DNA of 64,000 bases. It comes from Klebsormidium nitens. Its lineage: Eukaryota > Plantae > Klebsormidiophyceae. The notes under the pieces are model-generated. The model was not told where the DNA came from. It was given only the letters and a program-made list of their open reading frames with translations, and searched no databases. A program made the translations under genes and the position numbers. The DNA lies in contig DF236951.1 in the NCBI GenBank assembly GCA_000708835.1, positions 186,101 to 250,100 of the forward strand. The letters are read 5' to 3'. Below, piece by piece: positions 38,301 to 51,583 of this stretch (position 1 is the first letter of the stretch; each line of letters opens with the position of its first letter).

Positions 38301-41300
38301 CGACGGAGAGTAAGGGTAACACGTTCTGAAGTGGGGATTCTTGGACTAGCAGGTACTTTCGAAAGCAAAATCAGAGCGGGTAGGACCTGCAGAAAGTTGA
38401 TGAACCTTTTGGGTGTGTAGGCTTTAGTATTCCGGTGAGCATGCAGATTGCACAGCCACAAATCATAAGGGGACAAGCCGAAGCAATCACAATCACGACC
38501 GGCCGTCCCGCTTACCTGCCCGTAGATACGCCGGGTGCGGATGCGCTGAGGCGAAGCCACGTGTCATCGCGAGCAGGAACGGGCTGAGCAGCGCGCCGAA
38601 CTTGACCCCGGTCGCGCGAACCGCATCCTGGAGGGTTTGGCAAACCGCGCCTGTGATGCTGTCCTCCGCCGCATGCGGGGACGCAAGCAGGCGCTCTAAG
38701 AGGGGCCATTCTGAGTACAGAATGGCGGCAAGGGGGTCGTCGGAGCCTTCGGGGAAGGAGCGGACGTGCCGGAAGAGGGCGCCTAATCTGGAGGGAAAGA
38801 GGGGAGGAGAGTGAATCGGCTGGGGTTGGGTCCGTTGAGTAGCGGCGGTGATTGGAGGGCAAGTCGAGAGGCGGAAGTTCTCAAGAAGAGCTTTGCGAAG
38901 GCCGACAGCAACGTCATTAGAAGAGAATCACAGGCTGCTGGTATTACTCATTTCGCCCTCGTCACCCAAACCGTCTCAACCTTCTCTTTCACCACTTAAT
39001 CTTTCCTGCTGCTGTTATCAATTTGGGAGCGGGTCAGCAGCGAGTGGAAACCAGGAAAGGACAGGGAGGAGGCCCTCCTCTATGACGAAAACGCGCGATG
39101 GACAAACTAGGAGCGGGGGAGTGCGAGTGTCAGATGCGGGGGCGGGCTTACCTATTGATCGCCTGGACATACGCGTGCAGCTCTACGACGGGACAGGATG
39201 AGATGGGCCCGGGCCTCTCTATCTGCATGCCAACGAACGAACGGAAAGTTTGGCCGACGAAGTCTGGGATTATGTCTGCGAAGCGATCAGACATGCAGAA
39301 CAAAAGTGATCGACCAAGCAGGAAAGCGTTCTTATCAACTGCTTCGATGGCAGTGCACTGACGAGGGTCGCGATTATGTTGCACCTTTTTAGGAGGTGCG
39401 CTAAGCGTTAGGCCATCAATCACGATCAAGGCACTTTCTCTTTGCACTCAAACCATATTTTTAGTGAGATAAGGGCGATGCACTATCAAAAGGGATCGTG
39501 CTAGCAATTCCAAGCGAAGCGGTCTCTACATTTCTTTGCACAGATACAAACACGGGGAAAGGTCAAGCACGCGGACAAGCTCACCAACGCTTCTAGTGCT
39601 AGCCTATTGGGGCGGAGTAGTCGTTGCAAGCCCTGGGCAACCCGGTCTGCGGGCTGTTCAGACAATACGGCGCCAACTGCGCTCAAGACGTCCTCCTCTT
39701 GCTCAGCGGTTAGTCGGAACGACGGTAGGTTCTGCAAAGGGGTGGACATCCGTACCCTCAAACAAAGACGGAGAAAAGCTCAAGACGGATGCTGTATTCA
39801 GAAGGTATGGCGATGCTTTCCAAGTTGGCGGTGTCAAAGATCGTTTTTAAGAAGGTGAAGGGTCCCAACCAACAGACTCGGAAGGGAAAAATGGATGCTT
39901 CACAGGAGATTCACACGAAGGACGGTGGTGTCTACAGAAAAGCAACTGCGACGATTTGTCGGGTAAAGTGACTGAGCTGGTGATTACTTGACAAAAGACA
40001 GACGGAAAAATATCTTTGAAGTGTGATATGATGCTGTGAGGCTTGGCAGAGAAACCAAAAGACAACAGCTCCCAACAGTAGCTGGAGGCACGCGCGACTC
40101 AAGTTTCTTTTCTAGCCATGTTTCACTGGTATCTTCCCAGAACGTTTTCGCACCCTTCCTCTGTGTTCACAGTCCTTATTCTGCATAAGCGCCTGCGAAG
40201 GGCACGCTAGCATCCAGGAAACACTCGACGACCAAGATCCGCCCCGGTTACCTCGCCAATATGCAGGAGGCCCTCCAGAGAGGACGTCTCGCTGGTGACA
40301 GCTGTCACCTCCTCGCACACGTGCTTGAGGGCACGTGCAGAGGCGCCCGCGGAAACCGGCGACTGCAGGGCTCCAACCAGGAACGTGCTGCAACAGAAAG
40401 GAGTTTATGAGTGACGCTTTTTCGCTGGACAAGAAGTAGCTTCGAAGTGGGGTGCAGGAGGGACAACAGCGAGTCAATTTCAGAAGGAGGACAGCAAACG
40501 AATCGACCAGAGTTCTCCAAAGTTTGCAAGTGGTGCGCGTAGCTCAGTAGGTGAACTACTTCCAATCAACGGTCTCCAGAACAGTCCATGGCACAGATGA
40601 GGATACCATGCAACGACGTCCTACATCAGGAGGCAGTAGAGAGCGCACGAATCTGCTGAAGAGTGGTGGAACAACGACTTGAACCATGCGATTCCGATTG
40701 ACACGGGACGGACTCAAGTTCGGAATTTGAAGGAGCTCCTTGGTGTGAGAGCAACGCACAGAGGACGTGAGCGCACGACTCACAGCAGCGCTGAGCCCGC
40801 ATCTGGGTGCGAATACAACCACTTTGCGAAAGCGGACGTGACTCTGGCAGCCGCGTTATGAACCTGCAAGAAAGCGGGAGGGCTTCCATAAAGGCTTTTG
40901 GGTCACTTGTCCTCCCTTTCCCCGCTTTTTCCAGCACTATTCGAATCTCCTCCTCTCTTGGTTCTGGTCGCTCACGACGTCTAGAAGCATTAAGTACTTG
41001 TCTGCATTAGCGCCATCAACACTCTCAAGAGCCAGTTTCAGAATCCCTGGAAAGAACGAACGGAAAGAAAGACCAAGGAATAACGAGTAACACAAGTGGA
41101 ACCCGACGATCGACGAAAGGCTCGCCACAGGGGAGGGTCGGTGGCCGTCAACAGATGCACCCTTCAAACGTAACCAACAGAAAGAGAGTTGGTTGACGTC
41201 AGCCAGAGCGTGAAAGACATACCAAGGGCCCTCCCTTTTGTTGGTTCAGCGGCTGGTTGGTGGGGAGGCCGGCGATGAACTGGAAGAGCGGCGTGATCTT

Positions 41301-44300
41301 GGGCAGCTGGTCCTTCTTGAGCAGCTTCTGGGTCTCGTCGGCAATCTGGAAGACGCGAGCACTTACTTGACTGCAAACAAGCTCGATAGTGTGGAACTTG
41401 CGCACAAGAGCAGCTCTCCCGCACAATCCGGCGGAAGGCCTCCTCCACCAGACTAGTCCTTGCTTGAACAACAAAGCCGACTGGATTGCATTGCCCCCCC
41501 CTACTTATTCTCCAAGGCCTAGCAAGCAAAGCGATCCCAGTGGTCAAGCCAGATCGGAGACAGATTCTTTTCGTGTGTTTCCCGGTGAGCATTGCCGATG
41601 AATCGAGCCGCGCAAGCATGTCTCTGAAGGTGGACCTGTGCTCGCTCACCGCTTCGCACAGGTACATGCGCACTTCGATCTCTTCCCATCGGGCTGGCTG
41701 CTGCCCGGTGCTCCACGCCTGGACACCTTCTAAAACCTGCAGGCTCTGAACGTCGTCAGGCAGCTTTATGCTCGAGTAAATCGTTTCAAAAGACCGAGAA
41801 AGCTGGTCTGTAGCTCGTCTTCTTGTATTTCGGGGTTGTAAGGCTCTAGTTCGGGGGCTGGATACTTCCAAAAGATGATGTTTCCACCTCGCAGAAAGAT
41901 GAGAATAGACCGTAATAGTCCGGCAGGAATGATTGTAGTGCTTCAGCCTTGCCATGCCGGAGGAATGAGCCATGACGTCCTCCCTCCTCAAACTGACCAA
42001 CGACTCACAGCATAAAAGCGCACCGCAGCAGAGCTTCGAGAAGACGAACCTTACCTGCTGTAAGTACTGCTGCGGCCCCAGCACTTGACAAACGGCCAAC
42101 AGAGCGTCTTCACACTCCGACCGGAAGTTGATCAGGTCTTCCTCTAAATGGACGAGACCGTCTTTCTCGTCCGGTTCGCTATCGCTCTGCACAAGCCAGC
42201 AATACAAATGAAAGTGAAAGTGAAATGCTCCAGCGCAGTGGAAAAAATCGTCTTCGAAGCAGCCAATGTTGCATGATCGGGCAAATCAGCGGCCCAAGAG
42301 TGAAGGGAAGCTGCTTGCGAGCTCTCCGTCGAGTCCCTACGATTGCGAACCGACAAGATCAATGAGCGAACACGATAAGCACTAGGCTGACGAGCGAGCA
42401 GGTTGTGCTGGTGGTTGAACAGAAATCTGCCTCTCGTTGTTCAGAGATTTCGGTCCCAGTCCTATCAAGACCCCAGCTCACCATTTAGCCGTTAGCTCAT
42501 TCTCATCCAGCTGAGACGCAACTAAGAGATCTTGGATAAGCAACAGACCAGATTGCTTCAGCGGCTCGGGCGGAATATAACTTCGCTGCTTCGTGAAATC
42601 GCCTCATACATTTTCTTCATTTTATGGTTAACTTCTCCGGGTGAGGAAAAGAAATGAGCGACTCACCCGTACGCTAATGAGTAGCGCTCCCAAGAGCTGA
42701 CGATAAACGGGGATGAAGGGCGACTGTTGCTGCTCGCTGGTTATCCGACTGACCAAGGCCTCATTTGACCTGCGTAACCAAGCACGAAATTGTATCCAAA
42801 TGGGATCTTCGAGATAGTCGAAATTACTGAGTGCTCAAACCTCTGGTTTTTGGATGGTGAGGACAAGGGCCGCAGAAGAAGAGTTCCGAACAGGTGGGCT
42901 GGCGAAAAGGGCAATTACGGCCGCCAAGGAGTCAACAGGAAGGCCACAACAGTATCTAGGGCAAGCATATGATGCACGAGCGAAGAGGACCGCTAAGAGG
43001 ACGCTAAGAACAGCCTCGTTGATGTCTCAGGAAGTCCAAGGGGATAACAATTCCCGTCAAAAGTTTGATCATGTGCATGAACAGCTTGGCCTTTGTAAAC
43101 TCTCGTATCTTGCTTTCAAGAGGTCGAAACCGACCCCTTCAGGCAAGACGTGAAGCGACTTCGGGAAGAATTCTACCCAAGACTGCAAGAGCGGAGAGAG
43201 GGCTACTGAGGCAGAAGGGATTGTATGTAAAGCGAGCAAGTCGGCGGCAAGCAAATAAAAACTTCCTCGTCGGCCAGGCAGAGGGACTCAGCCGTCTCAC
43301 CAGAACGAAAGGGAAGTGGTTGGCAGGGTGTATGGGTCCCAGCCACATGTTTCTGGCAGCGTTATTGAACTGCAACCAAAACCGGTGGGCCACTTGAGGA
43401 CAGTCTTGACACGAATGGGGTGAGCGTAGGAGGAGTTTCGGCTTGGAAGAGGCAAAACACACTGGTCAAAAATTGAACCGTCCTCCAGCCTATATGGAAG
43501 ACATTCCATGAGATGACGGTAACCTCGAAGTGCAAACGTGAGATTCACGAGATGCCCTGAGGCAGTGTCGAGCAGAGTGGTTTATTCATTCTTATTGTCC
43601 AAAATATAGACTTTGAAGTCTGACTTTGCGATCACAAAACACTTTCCAACTGCAATGTACGGACTCCCAAACCAACCCTCATCGTTTGCCGTCAGGAAAC
43701 ACTTTTTAAACGTGATTATAGTGTGATTGTAGTCTACACCCTTTCTGTATCTTGTTTTCAACTGTGAGCCTGCCCAAGAGTAAGACGAGACCTATCGAGA
43801 ACCATCAAATTAGCACCCGTCCCTGCTTGCAAATGTCTGGAAAGGGAAGTAGACAAAGCCCAGCGTGGAAAAGTTAGTAAAGCTCAGGTGGTTTGAAAGC
43901 GAAACTCCCTTACCCGATCAGTGTGGTGCACAGCGCCATGGCGTCAGGAATCCCTTGAGCAATAAGTTGGGGTGCCTGAAGGGAAACAAAGAATTGCAGA
44001 CGAGTGTGAATGGTTCAATGGGTCACCCCGCATCGCTGTATAATTGCGGAGAATGGGAATGGCCTCAAAGTGGGTCACGAACAATTGCTGTTTCTCTGAG
44101 CCTTGGACTGACCGGGATAATTATGTGTGTTTCCGTTCTGTTCTAAACGTCCTGAATCACATGGCTCAAGTGAAGCGACTGCAAGCGCAAAGTACTGCAG
44201 AACGAATCCTCTTCAGAAGACAGAGAATGGACGACTGATATGGTAGTTGAGTGGCGAAATTCTATACTCAATAATGTCCTTCTTAGAGACCTGTTCAAGT

Positions 44301-46980
44301 GGACAGTTCCAATGGCCGCAACCTTGCTAATGGAAATCTCAATTTAGTTAACAGGCTGGGTGTCACTCACGCTTGCCCCCAGCTCCGTGAGCACTTCGAC
44401 GATGGCGGACACGCCCTCCTCTTCTTCTTGCTGGACGTAGCGCGGGAGGACGGTGGCCTGGAAGTGGGGAACCAGACGGAGCACCGCAGGGGCCATCACC
44501 TGCCGCAAACGTGAGCCGGTCAGTCAACCGTATTTGAGCCAGTCGTTCTGAATGACCACTTGCACTCGCGAGAAAAGCAAACCGATTGCCTGTAAACTTT
44601 GATTCTTTTGCAAAGGGAGCACCACTTTGCCTGCCACACACGAGGCGAAAAGAAATGCGAAAAGTATGTTTGCGGGAAGCTGGCAAGCCGGAGAATCCTA
44701 AGCGGCCGTTGGTGATCATCCTTTTGAATGATCTAAAAATTGGAACAAAAAGGACCAACATAAAGAGTGGGAGCAAGCTCGGGAACCAAGAATCAGTCTG
44801 GTTACCAACATACCGCGTGCCGCTGAAGCAGTTCGCTGACCACGGATGCGGCCACGTCAGCAAGGCCGGGATTCGCGAGGCTGTCCAGAGAGTATGCTAT
44901 CAGAGGGTGTTCCGGGAGACTGTCTTGGGGCAACTCGCTCATGCCACCCAGTCGAACCTGCAACAGGACGAAGAAGCGTGTCTGAGAAGCTAAGGCACGC
45001 AACGACATGGTCGAATCCGGATTCGTGACGACTCGGGCCCTCAAGAAAATCCTTTCCTATCACAGACTTGCCAAAAGATTCCAGCTTCGCTGTCAAAGAT
45101 CCTGCACAACTGCTCTGAAGAATCTATCAAACAATCTACGCAACTCTGTCATGGCCAGGGACTGAGTTTAAATAGCCTTAGGTCGGACAAGTAAACCCCA
45201 CTGAAGGCAGACCTGTTCTCTTTTGCTATTTGATCTTTAATCGTTCCATATGAATGCAGCTAGAGGGCTGTAAGCTCGTACAAGAAGCCAATCGAAGGGC
45301 CACATCAGACATCAGGAACATTTCGGAGGCATCTCGAGAGGGAACTTGCCCAGCCGAGAAGACAGTCGAGCACGCCCCTCTGGGAGCCGATGTCGCCTCC
45401 CCCTTGGATGAGCCGCTGTTGCAGGAAAACCAGTACCTGGGGCGTTTTCGCCAGCAACTGCAGGGAGGAACTAAAGTATTCATGCCGCTTTAGAGATGCA
45501 GCTGAAGCCTTTCAGTTCGGACTTATCCAAATTGAGTTGCGGAACACGTTTACTTTCGGGACAGATGAAGAATCTGCTACTTTGGACTTTGCGACACCTT
45601 GTTTGATTTCAAGATTGAGAGCCGTTCAGGATGTCCCTGTGGTCCAGCTGCTCTACAAACATTTGACCTTTCTTTGCCAGCGATGCTCGGCCACTGGGAA
45701 GACCAGAGGACTGCGCTTCTTTCGACAGATCCGCGGAGGAAAGGACAGTTTGAAAGGAAAATTTTCTGTACCTCCTTCATGTATTCCATCCTCCGGAACG
45801 TGCTGGGCCCTTCCTCTAAGCAGTCCTCTGGAAGCACTTCCAGCAGCTTCACAAGAGCCCCATGCAAACTCTCTGCCGAGAGGGACTCGAAAATGTCCTT
45901 GAGCGGGTCATGCCATTGGGAGAGGCGAAGGGCGAGGGCAGAGATGGACAAGCAGATCTGAGTCAACACCTGCACGCAAAGTGGTTGTCTGTACGTTTTT
46001 CAAATTTTCAATGTGCTCAAGCTTCTAACGAGATGGAATAGTCACGTAGTTATTGCAAGACTAGACAGAACCTGCTGATTGAAATCGACTTTGAAGAGCG
46101 CGAGCCTGAGGCCGCTCTAAGACATCAGCAATGTTTTCACAGCAGTGAACAGTAACACTACAAGATTTGTGTCCACAGAATTGCAAGAAGGAATAACGAA
46201 GGTGGGGGATTTGGGCTTGGGGAATGGGATTACCTGAGCGTTTGCATGGGCGTACTGTGCAGCATACAAGAGGAGTGCATCTCGTAACTTCCACCGAAAA
46301 TCCAGAGCTAAGCTCGCAAGATCCCGCTGAATCTGCACGGGAAAAAAACAAATTTCCTGCCTCACGTCAATCATAGATTCCAGCCAGCGCAGTGTACTAT
46401 GGAAACAGAGCATCCTCCAATCTCCGTCTTGGAGAAGGCTTGGAGATCGTCATGCTGCTCATGTAAAGTCTTCTTCATGGGTTTCTAACACCATCCCCAA
46501 TATATGATACACTGTCCCCCTGAAGATCGTTTCAAGCTTGTGAGTCTTGACTTCAAACGACAACAAGCGGATCAGGTTGTTTCACTTCACCGCCAGATTA
46601 GTCCTTCATTCTTTAGTTGCCAGCACCGCAAGATGCCCTTCTGGAACTGCTGGTTGGCCAATACCAAGCGGCACTTAAAGTTCAAGAGAATAACTTCATA
46701 AGCGAAGACATGAATAAAGCGAGAAAAAGAATCAGTGGGGTGGTAGACCAACCTTTTTCCGCAGCGTTTGTGCTGCAAACAGGTACAGCTCCGGTCGCTT
46801 CTCGTCCAGACCTTGCACGAAGCTGAGCACCGATACAGCCACCTCCCAGGCACTGTTCTCTCTCTGAAACTGCATTAGCCAACGGTTTGCGGCCGCCTGC
46901 TCCTGCCGGCTGGTGCCGTGGTACAAACGAGTCACATTCGCAAGAACTTCGTTGAGCAGCGGGGACTCCTGGAGCGCCAT
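35397..46980 (-). CDS. Importin-beta family karyopherin, importin-13/transportin-3-like (closest recalled plant match At1g12930 type); many exons
   Basis: N-terminus ANRWLMQFQRENSAWEVAVSVL..LFAAQTLRKK|IQRDL..|VLTQICLSISALAL. Internal CLLGW|VRLG, APQLIAQG, SLSFW, FRSECEDALLAVCQVLG and DREPEITEAYLHF. C-terminus IHKIASIFQQLA..GGRRIKRVIRDFVDGHRV*. Only some exon junctions were checked. Confidence 0.9.
36306..36357 (+). repeat. ~26-bp imperfect tandem duplication in an importin intron
   Basis: GACCATCA(T/C)GTCGGTTGAAAA occurs twice in tandem. Confidence 0.8.
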
Positions 46981-47324
46981 TGCTCACTGGATGCAAGGAG
47001 CACTGCAAGCGTTAGGCTGCGCTGAGCATAGTTTCTGTGGAACAATCGATTAAGAAGGTGCCAAAGAGGGAGTTCACCTCCTGGTCTTTCTCTTAGGGAG
47101 ACCAGGAGATAAACTTGGAAAATTGGGATATGCACCAGCGCACGCTTTGCATGCAAGTACGATCGGCGCCGGTGGCTTCTGAAGAGTGAACTTACTGTTG
47201 GAGGTACACAGTTGCAACCACTACTTGTATTGTGGAGGTTCACTGATCATTACAAGCACCAGCAACATCATTACAGAAAGCCTTCCATCACATTGATATT
47301 GGCTCAAATTTTTCTTTCCTCCAG

Positions 47325-47376
47325 CATTTCTTCCTGGGGTCCACAAGCAACATTTCTTCCTGGGGTCCACAAGCAA
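47325..47376 (+). repeat. Perfect 26-bp tandem duplication (intergenic)
   Basis: CATTTCTTCCTGGGGTCCACAAGCAA x2. Confidence 0.95.
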
Positions 47377-48163
47377 CCTATAGACGCATTTGGAGAATCT
47401 GATGCAAGATTATGTAGACAACTGTCTTGCGCATACAAAAGCTTAAGTATGGTTTTCTACTCACCTTTGAATAGATAACGCCCTGTCAATCCAAGTCAGT
47501 TTAAAGAGTGGCTGATGTGTCACTTAGTCGGGTTATTTCGCATATTTCTTGCTTGCAAACTCGTCTTTCTTCAGCACACAATCTCCACCATGGTCAGAGC
47601 AGAAATTTCAGCTCACAAAGCTGCTCAGCTGGCTGCAGAAAGAGGATTCAAAACCGCAGGCTCCCTCTCGCATTTGCCGGCATCCTCTTGCTGCTTGCAC
47701 ATTAAGACTAAAACTTTTGCAGAATCTCCTGGACCTTGGACTCCAACTTCAAGTTCAAGTTGGAGGTGATGCCATGCAGCCAGCTTGCCAACTGGCAATA
47801 TGGCTAATGTATTGATGACAAGTGAACCCTAAATTGTGTAGCCATTACCGCTACCTTCTAGCCATTATCGAACCGTAACCGAAGCCGAGGATGCACATCA
47901 TCGTGCGAATATGTAGACCGCCAAAGAGGCTAACTTCTTCGACAAGCGTCGAAACCCGTTTCATCTCGACTTTTGCAAGGACGCACGGAGCGTACGGAAC
48001 GTAGATCTGTTCTATACGCCTACCTACACGAATCCCCAGCCCTGCGGCTGCATCGTTCCTTTTCCAGCATCCACCTGAGGAGAAAAGCTCCTGGCGCAGG
48101 CGGAGGTCGCTTGGCTAGCCAAGCACTGTTCAGGCAAAGCTTTTGTCAGCAGCACACGTAGCC

Positions 48164-49718
48164 ATGAGTGAGTTTTTCTCCTTTTCAGCCGCCTTCTTGA
48201 ACCGTTCAGCAATGGAGCTTTGGCCGGGGCGCTCAAAATGGACAGAAGTCCAAATTGAGGACTACATGCATCTGCACGGCTTTGGGGCTTCGAAATCAAC
48301 TCTATGCTTATCTTCGCGTTTTAGCGTCTGGTCTGCCAAAACCTTTTTGTGCCCATCTCTGTGCACATCTGACGGTCTTCTTTGTTTATCTGCAGGTAAG
48401 GTGCACGGATCTCTGGCTCGTGCCGGTAAGGTGCGTGGCCAGACGCCGAAGGTTGCAAAGCAGGACAAGAAGAAGACACCAAAGGGCAGGGCGCACAAGA
48501 GGCTGCAATACAACCGGCGATTTGTGAACGTTGGTGAGTTGCTCGACAACCCTGCTTAGTCATAGAGCATCACGAGGGCAAGCAGATTTAGCACGGATGG
48601 CCTGCGATAAGCATGGGCAAAGAGCATAGAAATCCAAATGGCGATTAGAGGCAAGCCGTCAACTTTTCTTTGGGGTAATGGTTGTTCTGGGCACTTCAGC
48701 AAATTGCTATACGCTTGGTAATGGTAACTTATTGGGCACGACTGAGCAGCAAGTGCTTTGTTGGAACGTGATTGGAACAAGAAGACAGACATTTGTGGGA
48801 CCAGTCCTCGGGGCCAGTCCGGGGGGCAATAAAATCTGCCGATTCTTGCGATGAGGGTTGGTATGTGCAAGGGGTTTGGGGCAGGAAGGAATCGTGGGAT
48901 ATGATTGGGGCAGCCCATCGAGGCAGCTCTCGCATGTCATCGTCTCCTAGGCAGGGAGTATCAAATCTGAAGAACATTAGAAGAAGCGTAATTCGGTCAT
49001 GGAGGAGATCATTGGTACTCTAGCAGTGGCAGGGTTTGCCTGTGCCTGAGGGGCTATAAAGCAGAGAGGTTCTTGTTAGCTTGATTTTGCCAAGAAAGGT
49101 TGCCGATTGCAGTCGGGCAGTTGAGAAGGGCTTGGGGCAGGTGAAAAGGGCTTAACTTCATTGTAGAGGCCACTGAAAGCAGTAGGACAAGAGTCAGTCA
49201 AGCTTGTATCTTGCAGAATTCAATCTGTCCTTGTCAGCTATATGTAGTGTACGTTTAGGGTTTCGCTTCATACGAACTGAGGACAAGGACTGCACTCCGG
49301 AAGAAGATATCTAGTTGGTATCGTGAAGCGTCTTATCAGGTTCCCGGCCGCAACCAGAGATGGTAGTTTGGCAGGGCGCAAGGGCCATGGATTTTGCCGG
49401 TCGTCACTCCGGCAGAGTGTTGCGGAGCCTATTGCTATCGTGGCAGACGTTGAAGAGCATTATGGAGATACAGTCGGCAAGTCTTCTTGGCCTGTAGTCT
49501 CAGGTTTCAAGCGCCACAAAAGTCTTGGTCTTGACGTCGAGAGAGCTGCCCACCAGCCAGCGAATCACCAAGCGGCCGAGTATACCTTGACGCAGTCGGG
49601 GACCCTGCTATCCCCGAATTCCGGATGTTGAGACTTTTTGGCGCTCGCCTGACGTGGTTTTGTTTCTGCAGTCGTTGGTCCCGGCAAGAAGCGGGGCCCC
49701 AACTCGTCTGACAAGTAG
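48164..49718 (+). CDS. RPS30: 40S ribosomal protein S30 (eS30), 3 coding exons, 62 aa
   Basis: Exons 48164-48167 (ATGA|GTGAGT), 48396-48533 and 49672-49718 give [62 protein letters not shown]. Confidence 0.97.
49254..49264 (-). promoter_or_regulatory. Telo-box in RPS30 intron 2 (plus a variant GAACCCTAAA at about 47824 upstream of the gene)
   Basis: TTTAGGGTTT is the reverse complement of AAACCCTAAA. Telo-boxes are typical of plant ribosomal-protein genes. Confidence 0.45.
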
Positions 49719-51583
49719 AGCGGTGTAAATTGAGGTAAGTGCGCCAACTTCCTCTGTCGTCGTTGTGAGGTGTTGGTCCGGATGCCAATAGCGCAGCAGA
49801 AATGATGTTACGTCTTGGTGGCGGGAAAGCCCCTCTTATCTAATGCTGGGCAAAATGATTTCTTCCTAAGGACGTTAGGGGGAGGCTCAGCCTAGGACGA
49901 AAAGGAGTGCCGGTCCGCTGAAGGAAGAGAGCATGTTTAGCCTTGTGTTTGAAAGTTATATTTCAACCTGGTAAATCACCTTGATGCTGGTTACCATCAG
50001 CTGTGCGGTTGAAGTTGCGAAGATTCCGCCCAAGCGCTTCGCCTGTGAAGCTTATTTGTGCGATTGATTGCTGATGCAAAGGTTGTTTTTGTTTTCTCCT
50101 CAGCTGTACCCCCGTCAACCTTTACTTCCCTGAACTGTGTCTTGTGTTGTGTGCAGAAACCATCTAAAAGCATGCAACTCGGGAGATGACCTGGGGTTTA
50201 AGATAGCTTGGTCTGCCTTGGGCTGGGCTTGTGGATCAATCCCTCTCAATGGTTGTCGACCGGCTAGCATTCTCACCTCACAAGTGGGCAGCTTAGCTAT
50301 TTCCCTTGACAACGGACTGCTATTGATACTTGCACTACATCCACACATATCTGGGTGCATGTGACCACTTTCTCTTTTTTCCGGCCGAGCCCATCGAGGT
50401 GATATGCAAGTCTGCTGCGCTGCACATGGACCTTTGTATCTCAAAGGTGCCGGATCTATCCAGTATTGTGGTTTTTGAATTCTATTTTAATGTAACTTGG
50501 AGTATCACAAGAGTCCTTCGTAGACCTTGTACTTGGCATTGCATGGCACCAAGATGGTACTGTTCATGCTCGACATGGTGTGCCTATATTGGAGCGCATG
50601 TGCATGACTGAGTCGCGCCCCATCTGCTAAGCCTGGCATTGAACTAGGTATGTGCACCATGAGGATAGTTCGCATGTATGGTCGGTGGCTATGGAGTCCT
50701 AGCATGTGCCGACGGTGAAGCATTTGAAAATTTTGCTAGTTATGTGGCCTGAGCTATTCAATTTGTTTCGAGTTGTTCTGTCAGTGACTTCTTCTGACCT
50801 ACTTAGCCTATATGAATGGCTTATTTGGCTATCATGCAATTAACACGAAATTAAAGAGGTACGTGGTCATGATTCCTCGTCAATGTAATGATAGCTTTCA
50901 CAAAACATGCGCATGGCCGTATAGGGATCCACAACTTCGTAAACTCAGAAAGCCGGCCTGGCCCGGGCCATACATTGACATATAAGGGCGACAGAAGCTG
51001 TGTACGCCGGTTCCAAGTGTCGGCATATATGAGAGCTATACATCGATGTACATCGACGAGAAAAATAAATTGAAGTCATGCTCAGTATCTTGAATGATGG
51101 CGCCGGCCCTGCTGGACGTACGATAATGTTATATTGTGATGTCCGTGAGTCCATGTTTCTTGGAAGTCAAACGTATATGAATGGTCTGCACAAGATCCTA
51201 ACCATGTAGCTACTTTGTTCGGAGGTGTCCACTAGCTAGTAATGGATACCCTGACCTGTACTCCTTGAAGAATTGCACAGACGCACGCGTATTGGGCGCC
51301 TAACATTTCGAGTCTGTTGCTTGCTAACAAATGCTGTCACTTAGAGCATTTCATATGCTGCTCCTGGTCAATAGGACCAGGTCCCTGCATCTATAAGTAT
51401 CCACCCAAACCAATGTATCTGGTATAGCGTGACTGTCTTGACTTTTTGCAAGTGTCCCTACTGATTGCTGATCTCCTTCTCATATCGTCGTTAGAGTGCG
51501 ACTGAGGGACACGAAGGGGACACTCCGTCTTCACTCAACAGTCGAGAACCAACTTTTGACGATCCTTACGCTTTCCCCCGGTA

